From: Candidatus Parcubacteria bacterium
GTDB taxonomy: Bacteria > Patescibacteriota > Minisyncoccia > Phycocordibacterales > PALSA-1337
Reading direction: 5' to 3'
DNA: 64,000 bases
NCBI GenBank assembly: GCA_963766795.1
Contig: CAVYBN010000009.1
Coordinates: 14,740-78,739, forward strand
Part shown: positions 9,494 through 19,002 of the stretch, piece by piece
How positions within the stretch are numbered: the stretch's first letter is position 1
Layout of the letters: each line of letters starts with the position of its first letter
Notes under the pieces: generated by a model
Told to the model about the DNA's origin: nothing
The model's input: the letters and a program-made list of their open reading frames with translations, nothing else
Databases searched by the model: none
Position numbers and translations under genes: made by a program

Positions 9494-10047
9494 GCGAAAC
9501 CGCAGTTTTCGCTGGCGGCTGCTTCTGGTGCACGGAAGCGGTCTTCTCGATGTTGAAAGGCGTCAAGTCGGTCATGTCGGGATACTCCGGCGGCAGGCCT
9601 ATGCCCGTAGGCAAGGCTCCGACGTATGAGCAAGTGTCTAATGGCGATACTGGCTACGCCGAATCATTGAAGATCGAATTTGATCCGAGCATCATCACAT
9701 ACGACGATTTGCTCGCGGTCTTCTTCAATACGCACGATCCCACGACCTTGAATCGGCAGGGCTACGATATCGGCTCCGAATATCGTTCGGCCATCTTCTA
9801 TTCGAATGAGGAGCAGAAGCACAAAGCCGAAGCTTTGATCAAGGAATTGGATGACGCCAAAGCCTACGACAAGCCAGTCGTGACCGAGGTACGACCTCTC
9901 GGAGAGTTCTACCCGGCCGAAGAATATCATCGGGATTTTTACAAGAACAACAAGGATTCGATGTATTGCGAGATCGTCATCGAGCCGAAATTGGAGAAGT
10001 TGCAGAAGAGGTTCAGCGAACTCTTGAAAGTTCAAGACGCCGCATGA
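9466..10047 (+). CDS. msrA: Peptide-methionine (S)-S-oxide reductase MsrA
   Basis: Catalytic motif AVFAGGCFWCTEAVF, then YHRDFY. 193 aa. Confidence 0.95.
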   Translation: MAEQKQEKVSETAVFAGGCFWCTEAVFSMLKGVKSVMSGYSGGRPMPVGKAPTYEQVSNGDTGYAESLKIEFDPSIITYDDLLAVFFNTHDPTTLNRQGYDIGSEYRSAIFYSNEEQKHKAEALIKELDDAKAYDKPVVTEVRPLGEFYPAEEYHRDFYKNNKDSMYCEIVIEPKLEKLQKRFSELLKVQDAA

Positions 10048-10354
10048 TGTGGAACATCCTGTTCCATTCATCCTCGAGCTCTCTCATATGGCGGCGTCCG
10101 TTTTCAGTGCGGCTAAAGCATTTGCGCGGCGCGCCAACATCGAGCTCCTCGTAATTTTTTGAGACAAGGCTTCTTGCATCAAGCGATTGGAGCGTCTTAT
10201 AAAGAGTGGTTAGCGGTATCGGCATCTTCATTTCCTTGAATTTGAGCGCAAGCTCGACGACTGGAAGCGGTTCTATGGCTATCAGCTTCAGGACGAATAA
10301 TTCGATGACGCTAGTACGAGTTATTTCTATGCGGTCAGGTTTGAGTTTGTTCAT
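10013..10354 (-). CDS. PadR-family transcriptional regulator
   Basis: 113-aa winged-helix pattern (ELFVLKLIA..PLPVVELALKF...TTLYKTLQSLDARSLV...R.CFSRTENGRR). Convergent with msrA and overlaps its 3' end by 35 nt. Confidence 0.75.
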   Translation of the reverse strand: MNKLKPDRIEITRTSVIELFVLKLIAIEPLPVVELALKFKEMKMPIPLTTLYKTLQSLDARSLVSKNYEELDVGAPRKCFSRTENGRRHMRELEDEWNRMFHIMRRLELSRVR

Positions 10355-10539
10355 GTTCTCAGTAAGTAATTCTAGTTGATAAGAACATTCATTTGTTAAT
10401 TTACAATCCGCGCAATCAGTTACTAGGAAACAATTAATAGAAGACGAGCAAGCTTTTTAAGAAGATGATTTGAAATTCTCCTTTTGGGAGAAAAAACGTC
10501 GGCAGCTAATTTGCAGTAGTCATTTCCTCTCGTTCATCT

Positions 10540-10664
10540 CACGCATTATGAAACTGGAAGTTTTGATAATAAGTAGGCGTAAAATGGCAATTCAATCCGA
10601 TTTGATGGCTAAAAATCATCGCAAAGAAGCGACTTATTATCAACTTTTCCATTTTCATTTCTCG
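10540..10664. repeat. Family G element, copy A (conserved flanks, 12-bp perfect IR TTGATAATAAGT/ACTTATTATCAA, 57-nt core)
   Basis: IR-L 10563-10574, core 10575-10631, IR-R 10632-10643. The second copy is at 56183-56307 with the core in the opposite orientation. Confidence 0.75.
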
Positions 10665-10854
10665 TGAAGCGAAAGAGAAGGAACCATCCCCATAAGGCCA
10701 TGAACCAGTCATCAATGTTCCTAATCTTAACATGAACTTCATTTCCGACACGCTCACAATGCTACACTTCCTTAAAAAGCTTCCATAAAAGCCTTCCTTT
10801 GGCAGTATGGACTCGCACCAGATTATACTATACTTGTGTAGTATGATTACAACC

Positions 10855-11232
10855 ATGACCGAAGACGAATTCAAGAAAAAGCTCACGCCCGAGGAATACC
10901 GCGTGCTCCGAGAGAAGGGCACCGAGGCGCCTTTTTCCGGGCCTCTCCTCAAAGAGAAGCGCGCCGGCATGTATGTCTGCAAGGCTTGCGGTGCGCCGCT
11001 CTTCCCGTCGACGGCCAAATTCGACAGCGGCACCGGCTGGCCGTCATTCGACCAAGCCTTGCCCGGCGCGGTCAAGCTTTCCATCGATTCCAGTCACGGC
11101 GAGATCCGCACCGAAGTCGCCTGCGCCGATTGCGGCTCGCATCTCGGCCACGTCTTTTCCGACGGTCCCACTCCGACCGGCGAACGCTATTGCATGAATT
11201 CGGTGTGTCTGGAATTAAAAGCTGAAAAATAA
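10855..11232 (+). CDS. msrB: Peptide-methionine (R)-S-oxide reductase MsrB
   Basis: CKACGAPLF...GTGWPSF...[16 protein letters not shown]...RYCMNS. ATG at 10855 chosen (MTEDEF...). Confidence 0.92.
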   Translation: MTEDEFKKKLTPEEYRVLREKGTEAPFSGPLLKEKRAGMYVCKACGAPLFPSTAKFDSGTGWPSFDQALPGAVKLSIDSSHGEIRTEVACADCGSHLGHVFSDGPTPTGERYCMNSVCLELKAEK

Positions 11233-11235
11233 TTT

Positions 11236-12654
11236 CTATTTCTTCTTTTTGCGTAGCTCAATGCCGAGCTCGCGGAATTGCTTCTCGGAGATCTCAGAAG
11301 GTGCGCCCATCAGGAGATCCTTGCCTTCGCCGGTCTTTGCGAAAGCGATGACCTCGCGGATGTTCGGCTCGTTCTCGAGGAGCATCACGATGCGGTCGAT
11401 GCCCGGCGCGAATCCGCCGTGCGGCGGCGTGCCGAACTTGAAGGCTTCGAGCATGTGGCCGAACTTGGCTCTCTGTTCTTCAGGCGAAATGCCGAGATAT
11501 TCGAAGACCTTAGCCTGCATGTCGGCCTTGTGGATGCGGATCGAGCCGGAACTCAATTCATAGCCGTTCAGGACCAAGTCGTACGAATTGGCGCGCACGC
11601 TCATCAGATCTTTACCCGACATGAATTTGTCTATGTCCTCGTCCTTGATCGAGCAGAACGGATGATGAGCCGCCTGCATGTTGCCCTCGTCATCCTTTTC
11701 GAACATCGGGAAATCCACGACCCACGCGAACGCCAATTCATTCGGATCATTCTTATCTTTGCGCATATCCGGCTTGTCAGAGCCGAATTTCTTGACGGAT
11801 TCGGCGTAAGTGAGTCGCGGGAACGGCGTCTCGGTGATCTTCTTATTCGGATACAGTGTCTTAACTAGTTCAATGAACATCCTCTCCGTGTATTTCAATA
11901 CTTCCTCCTGCGTGATGAACGACATCTCATAGTCGAGCTGGGTGAATTCCGGCTGGCGGTCGCCGCGGGTGTCTTCGTCGCGGAAACAGCGAGCGATCTG
12001 GAAATATTTCTCGAAGCCTGCCACCATCGAGAGCTGTTTGAATTGCTGGGGGGTCTGCGGCAGGACGTAGAACTTGCCGTTCTCGAGACGCGATGGCACC
12101 ACGTATTCGCGCGAGCCTTCAGGCGTGCCCTTCATCAGGATCGGAGTCTCTATTTCAACAAAACCGTTCTCGTGCATGTAGTCGCGGAAGAATGAGATGA
12201 TCCTGTCGCGCTGTCTGATATTCTTCTGCATCCTCGGCCGGCGCAAGTCTAGATAGCGGTACTTCAATCGCAATTCCTCATTGATGTCATGGCCGTCGCC
12301 GCGCACGTCGAATGGGGGAGTCTCGGCTTCGTTCAAGATCTCTAGCTTCTTCAATTCAAGCTCGATGTCGCCGTTCGGTTCGATCTCTCCCTTCTCCTTG
12401 TTCTTGGAGACCATCTTCTCGGGGCGCTTGTTGACCATGCCGGTCGCGCGCACCACCCATTCAGGCCGTACCTTGCCTGCGGTCTCGTGGGCTTCCTTAT
12501 TATTTGGCAATGCCACCGATTGCACCCGTCCGCTCATGTCGCGCAGGTCGATGAAGATGATCTTGCCGTGGTCGCGACGGATATCCACCCAGCCGGATAT
12601 GCTAACTTCCTTGCCGACCGACGCTTTCAAGTCCTTGATATAGGTGCGTTCCAT
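11236..12654 (-). CDS. aspS: Aspartate--tRNA ligase, bacterial type but lacking the GAD insertion domain
   Basis: 472 aa. OB-fold N-terminus, motif 2 FRDEDTRGDRQPEFTQLD, motif 3 GFAPGIDRIVML. SDKPDMRKDKNDPNELAFAWVVDFPMFE joins directly where E. coli AspRS carries about 130 aa. Confidence 0.93.
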   Translation of the reverse strand: MERTYIKDLKASVGKEVSISGWVDIRRDHGKIIFIDLRDMSGRVQSVALPNNKEAHETAGKVRPEWVVRATGMVNKRPEKMVSKNKEKGEIEPNGDIELELKKLEILNEAETPPFDVRGDGHDINEELRLKYRYLDLRRPRMQKNIRQRDRIISFFRDYMHENGFVEIETPILMKGTPEGSREYVVPSRLENGKFYVLPQTPQQFKQLSMVAGFEKYFQIARCFRDEDTRGDRQPEFTQLDYEMSFITQEEVLKYTERMFIELVKTLYPNKKITETPFPRLTYAESVKKFGSDKPDMRKDKNDPNELAFAWVVDFPMFEKDDEGNMQAAHHPFCSIKDEDIDKFMSGKDLMSVRANSYDLVLNGYELSSGSIRIHKADMQAKVFEYLGISPEEQRAKFGHMLEAFKFGTPPHGGFAPGIDRIVMLLENEPNIREVIAFAKTGEGKDLLMGAPSEISEKQFRELGIELRKKKK

Positions 12655-12720
12655 GAGGAAAAATATAGCATAAATGGCCAGCTATTTCCACGCAATGCAT
12701 CCGTCTGCTATAGTAAGCCA

Positions 12721-13743
12721 ATGAAGAAAGACGACATCTCACCCATTATCCGCGAAAAAGCGCCGCTCATCTTGGCGGAGATAAAGAAGGCCAAGTCCAT
12801 ATTACTGCATTGCCATCCTTCTCCAGATCCCGATTCCGTCGGTTCGGCTCTGGCCATGAAGTTCGCCCTAGAATCGCTCGGAAAGAAGGCCACCGTCATC
12901 CGCGGCGATTCAGAGATCCCGCAGGCTTTCATGCACTTTCCCGGCGCTGATGAGATCGTGCCCAAGAATTTCGGAGAGGTAGATCTAAAGGAGTTTGATC
13001 TGTTCATCATCCAAGATTCAGGATCGACCGAGATGATGTCCCGTTGGAAGAAGATCAGCTTTCCGTTGCCGATACGCACAGTCGTCATCGATCACCATCC
13101 CTCCAATCCTTCTTACGCTGATCTGAATCTTGTCGAACCGGCGTACCCTGCAGTCGCGCAGATCCTTTTTGATCTGTTCACACTCTGGGATGTGAAGCTC
13201 ACGCCAGAGATCGCGGCGAATCTCTTCATCGGCATGTATACGGATACCGGCGGATTCAAATACACTGGCACTACTGGACATTCATTCGCGATCGCGAGCG
13301 AGCTGGTCAAGGCTTTCCCTGATTTTCCAAGATTGATCTCGGAAATGGAAAATTCGAATACGCCGGAAACCCTGGCTTTTGAAGGCTTGGCTCTGGACTC
13401 GATTGAGACATTCCTAGGCGGCGCGCTCGGCCTGTCTGTCGTCTCGAACAGTGTTCTTAAAAGCAAGGCCATCCCGCCTTTGGAGATTAGCGGTGCGCAC
13501 GTTTCTACCAAGCTCCGGACTGTCGCTCAATGGAGAGTCTCGGGAACGCTCATCGAGATCGAGCCTGAGCAGATCAAGATGAGCTTTCGCAGCAAGGACG
13601 GCGATAAATATGATGTCTCTAAGCTGGCCGTCGCCTTGGGCGGCGGGGGACACAAGGCTGCGGCCGGCGCCACTTTGAATATGCCGCTAGATGAAGCCAA
13701 GCGTCAAGTTGTCGCCAAAGCCAAAGAGCTGTACAATCTGTAA
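12721..13743 (+). CDS. DHH-family phosphoesterase (NrnA-like oligoribonuclease/pAp phosphatase)
   Basis: LLHCHPSPDPDSVGSALA, DHH motif VVIDHHPSN, DHHA1 GGGGHKAAAG. The part of the track ORF upstream of 12721 overlaps aspS and is discounted. Confidence 0.85.
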   Translation: MKKDDISPIIREKAPLILAEIKKAKSILLHCHPSPDPDSVGSALAMKFALESLGKKATVIRGDSEIPQAFMHFPGADEIVPKNFGEVDLKEFDLFIIQDSGSTEMMSRWKKISFPLPIRTVVIDHHPSNPSYADLNLVEPAYPAVAQILFDLFTLWDVKLTPEIAANLFIGMYTDTGGFKYTGTTGHSFAIASELVKAFPDFPRLISEMENSNTPETLAFEGLALDSIETFLGGALGLSVVSNSVLKSKAIPPLEISGAHVSTKLRTVAQWRVSGTLIEIEPEQIKMSFRSKDGDKYDVSKLAVALGGGGHKAAAGATLNMPLDEAKRQVVAKAKELYNL

Positions 13744-13796
13744 ATTATCAATTTTCAATCTTTCAATCGTTCAATTAAACATTAAATTTAAATTTT

Positions 13797-14561
13797 ATGT
13801 CGACAAAAAACATCTGGATCTGGATAGCAGTAGTCATCGTCGTCATCGGGATCGCCTGGTTCTTCATCGACCATCGTTTCACCCAAGCTGTGCAAACGCC
13901 TGACTTATTCGCGACTTCGACTTCTGCCACGGCCGCTGATCAAACGCCGCCCGCTGCTTCGCCGACTTCAGCTGCTCCGGCTAATACACAAACTGCCGCT
14001 GCCGCTTCGGCTGGTCCAGCCGCACCGACTTCCGTTAATAATCAATCAGTAAAAAACTTCATGCATACAGTCACCATCAAGACCAGCAAGGGCATCATCG
14101 TCTTCGAGACTTACGACGCCGACGCGCCGAAGACCGTCGCCAATTTCATCACGCTCGCCGGCAAGGGCTTCTACAACGGCACCATATTCCATCGCGTCAT
14201 TCCCGGCTTCATGATCCAGGGCGGCGATCCGACCGGCACCGGCACCGGCGGTCCCGGCTATACATTCGCCGACGAGCTCGATTCTTCGACGCCTTCATAC
14301 CAAGCCGGCTATGTGCGCGGCACCGTGGCCATGGCCAACAGCGGTTCCAACACCAACGGATCTCAATTCTTCATCATGCAGGCCGACAACCCGTTGCCGC
14401 ACAACTACACCATCTTCGGCAAGGTCATCTCGGGAATGGATGTCGTAGACGCCATAGCCAAAGTTCCGGTGGACAGCTCGACTCATAATATGCCGACGAC
14501 GCCGATCACGATGACGAGCGGTCACAGTAGCGGAGACGAAATAGTTCACAATTTACAGTGA
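13797..14561 (+). CDS. Peptidyl-prolyl cis-trans isomerase, cyclophilin type, membrane-anchored; C-terminus probably frame-shifted near 14520
   Basis: [15 protein letters not shown]...[18 protein letters not shown]. Skipping one G at 14520 gives ...ITMTSVTVAETK* (stop ending at 14544), resembling the E. coli PpiB end ..IIESVTVSE. Confidence 0.88.
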   Translation: MSTKNIWIWIAVVIVVIGIAWFFIDHRFTQAVQTPDLFATSTSATAADQTPPAASPTSAAPANTQTAAAASAGPAAPTSVNNQSVKNFMHTVTIKTSKGIIVFETYDADAPKTVANFITLAGKGFYNGTIFHRVIPGFMIQGGDPTGTGTGGPGYTFADELDSSTPSYQAGYVRGTVAMANSGSNTNGSQFFIMQADNPLPHNYTIFGKVISGMDVVDAIAKVPVDSSTHNMPTTPITMTSGHSSGDEIVHNLQ

Positions 14562-14623
14562 AAAATTATTAGTGAAGTGCGATTTAACTAATCACTTATC
14601 ATTGTAAACTGTAAACTTGCCTT

Positions 14624-15424
14624 ATGTCCGACTACTACAACTTCCGTCGCGATAAGAACCTGTTCGACCCGGCTTCGTCGGAGCCGTTCCGTTGCAGCCG
14701 TTCGAAGATAGACCTGTTCCTGAATTGTCCGCTCTGCTTCTACCTCGATTGCCGTCTAGGCGTCGGTCGGCCGCCCGGCTATCCATTCGCGTTGAACAGC
14801 GCTGTTGACGCGCTCCTGAAGAAAGAATTCGACATACACCGTGCCGCCAAAGCGCCGCACCCCTTGATGGAAGCGTACGGATTGAGAGACGTCATCCCGT
14901 ATGATCACAAGGATCTTGGTCTCTGGCGGCAGAACTTCAAGGGCATCCGTTTCATCCATAAGCCGACCAATCTATTAGTGACCGGCGCCGTTGACGATGT
15001 CTGGGTGGATTCTAAAGGAGAATTGATCATTGTAGATTACAAGTCCACCAGTAAAGAGGAGAAAGTTTCGCTCGACAAGGAATGGCAGATCGGCTACAAG
15101 CGCCAGATGGAAGTCTATCAGTGGCTGTTCCGACAGAACGGCTTCAAGGTCTCTTCGACCGGCTATTTCGTTTATTGTAACGGCAAGACCGACCGCAAGG
15201 CTTTCGACGCCAAGCTCGAATTCGACATCGATCTAATCCCATACAAAGGCGACGCTTCATGGATCGAGAAAGCTCTGGCTGACATCAAAAAATGCTTGTT
15301 GCTCGACAAGCCGCCCAAGCCGGCGCCTCCGCCAGCTGGCGGATGCGATCATTGCAATTACCGGAAAGCGGCGAGGGATGTGCAATCAGAAACTCAAAAG
15401 TCAAAAGGCAAAAGTCAAAAATAG
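14624..15424 (+). CDS. PD-(D/E)XK nuclease family protein (Cas4/RecB-like, Cys-cluster)
   Basis: 266 aa. N-terminal CPLCFYLDC, core GAVDDVW...LIIVDYKST, QMEVYQWL, C-terminal CDHCNY. Confidence 0.7.
   Translation: MSDYYNFRRDKNLFDPASSEPFRCSRSKIDLFLNCPLCFYLDCRLGVGRPPGYPFALNSAVDALLKKEFDIHRAAKAPHPLMEAYGLRDVIPYDHKDLGLWRQNFKGIRFIHKPTNLLVTGAVDDVWVDSKGELIIVDYKSTSKEEKVSLDKEWQIGYKRQMEVYQWLFRQNGFKVSSTGYFVYCNGKTDRKAFDAKLEFDIDLIPYKGDASWIEKALADIKKCLLLDKPPKPAPPPAGGCDHCNYRKAARDVQSETQKSKGKSQK
15328..15343. repeat. 16-bp palindrome TCCGCCAGCTGGCGGA (perfect)
   Basis: Lies inside the PD-(D/E)XK nuclease gene and is read as PPAGG immediately before CDHC. Confidence 0.95.
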
Positions 15425-15594
15425 TTTGTCACCGCATTGCTGTTTCAAAAAGCCGCGCTGTATTTTTACGAACGCGGCTTTCGCACCTGCCAGGCGCCTT
15501 TGGGACGGTCAAAATGGAAGCTTTCCGCGGTGATCACCACATTAAGTGTTAAGGGTTATTCGACGATAACCGCCGTCAGTTTACGCTCTGGCAC

Positions 15595-15646
15595 ATTAAG
15601 AAACCTATAAGAAAAGTTAAAATAATCGTGAAGAAAAGTTAAAATT
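15595..15646 (-). repeat. Family H 52-nt motif (two TTTTAACTTTTCTT units), copy 1, inverted relative to copies 2 and 3
   Basis: The reverse complement equals aattttaacttttcttcacgattattttaacttttcttataggtttcttaat, identical to 51639-51690. Confidence 0.8.
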
Positions 15647-15710
15647 TTCGTGAAGAAAAATACGAAGGCGTAGAGCCATTGTTCTGTCTTCGCTCGCGCG
15701 TATGCCCGCC

Positions 15711-16448
<738 letters not shown>

Positions 16449-16532
16449 GGCCGCAGTCTAGCACACAATCAGGAAGTGTGAAGCAACTGCTGAAAGGGGA
16501 GAAACTAGGGATAACTGGATATAAGTCGGCTA

Positions 16533-16560
16533 TTGACTTACGAGTTTTAAAATGTATACT
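16533..16560 (+). promoter_or_regulatory. Sigma-70-like promoter (TTGACT-16-TATACT)
   Basis: Good -35 and -10 hexamers. It points into a terminator-ended 75-nt noncoding stretch. Confidence 0.4.
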
Positions 16561-16566
16561 TGTAAG

Positions 16567-16641
16567 TACGAAACTGCCCCCGTACCGAAAAAGTGGCGTT
16601 TATCGCCCAGCTTTCCCGAAAGGGATAGGTACGGGGGTTTT
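16567..16641 (+). ncRNA. Candidate ~75-nt small RNA (promoter to intrinsic terminator), convergent with the DUF3800 gene
   Basis: Outer 10-bp stem cccccgtacc (16577-86) / ggtacggggg (16628-37) followed by TTTT. Inner hairpins ggcg-tttat-cgcc and tttccc-gaaa-ggga. Confidence 0.3.
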
Positions 16642-16647
16642 CGCTGC

Positions 16648-17289
16648 TCAATTTGGCCATACATCGACATTTTCTTCGTGTCGGACGATGAGTTTTCTGA
16701 AACTGTCTTTCGCCTTGGAATTACCGACCATCGATCTGTTGATAGCGCCAGCCACATAATCCGCTAATTGTAAGAGGTTGTTCGATTCAGATCTTTGTAG
16801 ATTGACGCGTTTGATCACTTTCGAATCGCGGTTCATCTTGTGTCTCAGATATTGTCTAAGCTTGTTGCCAAAGTCTAGATTTCCAGTCCTATCTATGACC
16901 ACCGCGGCATCATGTAAATCGTGCTTGGCATTTTCAAATACGAGTCCGCATGCATATTGATAAAAATCGTCTTTGTTAGCCAGTCCTTGGATTAATGGAT
17001 CATGTAAGTCCTTCCGTATGACGACGCCGTAATAATAGAAGTCACAGGATGCGACTGTCATCAGGAATTTTTCCCTGATCTTATTGGAGTTCATTTTGAA
17101 ATGAAACTCGCTGTCAGGTTTCCAGCCAAGCTCTTTTCTCAAAAGATCTATCCGGCGTTCGCAAGCCAGAGCGTCTTCATCATCTTCAAATACGACCATA
17201 GTAATGGTAAAGAAACGGCTGGAGCCGCTCTCCAACTTGAGCCCTGAATCCCCTGATTCGTCGATGAATGCGAGCATTGGTTTAAACAA
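16648..17289 (-). CDS. DUF3800-family protein
   Basis: 213 aa. N-terminal LAFIDESGDSG motif typical of DUF3800. Lies in an AT-rich islet. Confidence 0.65.
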   Translation of the reverse strand: MFKPMLAFIDESGDSGLKLESGSSRFFTITMVVFEDDEDALACERRIDLLRKELGWKPDSEFHFKMNSNKIREKFLMTVASCDFYYYGVVIRKDLHDPLIQGLANKDDFYQYACGLVFENAKHDLHDAAVVIDRTGNLDFGNKLRQYLRHKMNRDSKVIKRVNLQRSESNNLLQLADYVAGAINRSMVGNSKAKDSFRKLIVRHEENVDVWPN

Positions 17290-17468
17290 TCAATTAAAAA
17301 ACGCGCCTCTCGGCGGTCGTCTTCTTTTGGCTGCGCATGCCGCGGGGCAGGCACAGTTGACTGTGAACCTATTATACCAAATGCCAAATTGGAAACAAAA
17401 TCAACCCAACAAAAATCGTAGCAGGCCTCGTTTGACTTCGCTCTGCCTTTTTGGTAAGTTGTACCGAC

Positions 17469-18227
17469 ATGTCAAACGCACAGAAATCCATGGAAACCAT
17501 GTTCACGGCCGGAGCCCACTTCGGCCTGGGACGCTCGCGACGGCACCCGTCAGCCAAGCCCTACATCTTCGGCACCAAGAACTCTACCGACATCTTCGAC
17601 CTCGAGAAGACCGGTGCCATGCTCGAAGCCGCCAAGGCATACGTAGCCGATTTGGCCAAGAATGGCAAGACGATCCTATTTGTCGGAGGCAAGAAGGAAG
17701 CCAGCGCTGCCGTCAAGGCCGGCGCCCAGTCGGTCGATCTCCCGTATGTCGAGGGCCGCTGGATCGGAGGGACCATCACCAATTTCTCGCAGATCAGGAA
17801 GCGCATCGAGCGCTACGAGAAGCTCGTCTCCGACAAGGAAAAGGGCGAGCTTGCCAAATACACCAAGCGCGAGCGCATGCTCTTCGACAAGGAGATCGCC
17901 GACCTGGAGAAGATGTTCCTCGGCATCGTGCCGCTGAAGAAGGCCCCTGACGCGCTCTTCGTCATCGATCCCCGCCGCGAATCCATCGCTATAGCCGAAG
18001 CCGCCCACGGCAAGATTCCGGTAGTCGCCCTGGCTGGCTCCGATTGCGATATGCGCGCCATCGCCTATCCGATCGCCGGCAATGACTCTTCCAAGGGCAG
18101 CATCCAGTTCTTCGTGGGAGAGATCGTTGATGCTTATCAGGAAGGCAAGAAGTCCGCGCCTCCGCCGGCTGGCGGATCAGTGCCAGCGACCGCACCGAAG
18201 GCCATGCCTGACGGCAGGCAGGCTTAA
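17469..18227 (+). CDS. rpsB: 30S ribosomal protein S2
   Basis: MFTAGAHFGLGRSRRHPSAKPYIFG..N.TDIFDLEKT...; followed by tsf. ATG at 17469. Confidence 0.95.
   Translation: MSNAQKSMETMFTAGAHFGLGRSRRHPSAKPYIFGTKNSTDIFDLEKTGAMLEAAKAYVADLAKNGKTILFVGGKKEASAAVKAGAQSVDLPYVEGRWIGGTITNFSQIRKRIERYEKLVSDKEKGELAKYTKRERMLFDKEIADLEKMFLGIVPLKKAPDALFVIDPRRESIAIAEAAHGKIPVVALAGSDCDMRAIAYPIAGNDSSKGSIQFFVGEIVDAYQEGKKSAPPPAGGSVPATAPKAMPDGRQA
18161..18176. repeat. 16-bp palindrome, one-mismatch variant TCCGCCGGCTGGCGGA
   Basis: Lies in the RpsB C-terminal tail and is read as PPAGG. Confidence 0.85.
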
Positions 18228-18297
18228 CATGCTCTCGCCGTTCCTCCTCTGGCACAAATCGACGAAAAAGCCAGCCGACAATCATTCAAGTACAACC

Positions 18298-18933
18298 ATG
18301 CCTAAGACCAATAACAATCAATCGTCAAATCCGAAAGCCTCGCCCGCCATCTCGACCGAGCTCATCAAAGAGCTCCGCGACCAGACCGGCGTCTCCATCA
18401 TGCAATGCAAGAAGGCCCTTGAAGAGGCCGGCGGCGACATGGCCAAAGCCCTGGTCATCCTGCGCAAGTCTTCGTCCGGAGCTTCCGCTAAGAAAGCCGA
18501 CCGCGCATTTAAGGCTGGTACCATACAATCTTATATCCATGCCAATGGCAACGTAGCCGCCATGGTAGAACTCGATTGCGAGAGCGACTTCGTGTCGGAT
18601 AACGCCGATTTCAAGGCTCTGGCGCGAGACATCGCCATGCATGTGACCGCCACCAACCCGAAATTCATCTGCAAAGAGGATGTCACCCCAGCCGATACCA
18701 AGGCTGCGCGCGAAGTCTTCGAGGCCGAGGTCAAGGGGAAACCGGAGGCCGTTCGTGCTAAGATACTAGAAGGCAAGCTCTCCGCTTATTTCGCCGAGAT
18801 GGTCCTCATGGATCAGCCGTTCATCAAGAACCCGGAAGTGACCATCCAAGGCCTCATCGACGCCGCCGTCCAGAAGTTCGGCGAGAAGACCGCCGTCGGC
18901 CGCTTTGTCCGCTTCAAGATCTTAGAAAGGTAG
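18298..18933 (+). CDS. tsf: Elongation factor Ts (short form, 211 aa)
   Basis: UBA-like N-terminus ELIKELRDQTGVSIMQCKKALEEAGGDMAKALVILRK, then IHANGNVAAMVELDCESDFV. Confidence 0.92.
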   Translation: MPKTNNNQSSNPKASPAISTELIKELRDQTGVSIMQCKKALEEAGGDMAKALVILRKSSSGASAKKADRAFKAGTIQSYIHANGNVAAMVELDCESDFVSDNADFKALARDIAMHVTATNPKFICKEDVTPADTKAAREVFEAEVKGKPEAVRAKILEGKLSAYFAEMVLMDQPFIKNPEVTIQGLIDAAVQKFGEKTAVGRFVRFKILER

Positions 18934-18993
18934 ATTCAGGATTCAGGATTCAGGATTCACGATTCATGAATCCAGAATCTTGAATCATGAATC
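18934..18993. terminator. GATTCA-unit hairpin after tsf (the empty form of the inverted repeat that flanks the four-helix-bundle gene at 38 kb)
   Basis: attcaggattcaggattcaggattcacgattcat / atgaatccagaatcttgaatcatgaatc. Confidence 0.55.
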
Positions 18994-19002
18994 TAAACAA
19001 TC

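Noticed and set aside
10563-10643. Family G inverted repeats interpreted as integron attC sites.
   Set aside because: The repeats (TTGATAATAAGT/ACTTATTATCAA) lack the RYYYAAC/GTTRRRY core sites. No integron integrase is present.
12487-12720. The 5' extension of the DHH phosphoesterase ORF, and similar long N-terminal extensions of track ORFs at 46351, 31528-32595, 29548-30924, 26373-27230, 18082 and 43981-45342.
   Set aside because: The extensions overlap neighbouring genes or translated repeats. Conserved family N-termini begin at internal ATG codons, which are the coordinates given in the features.
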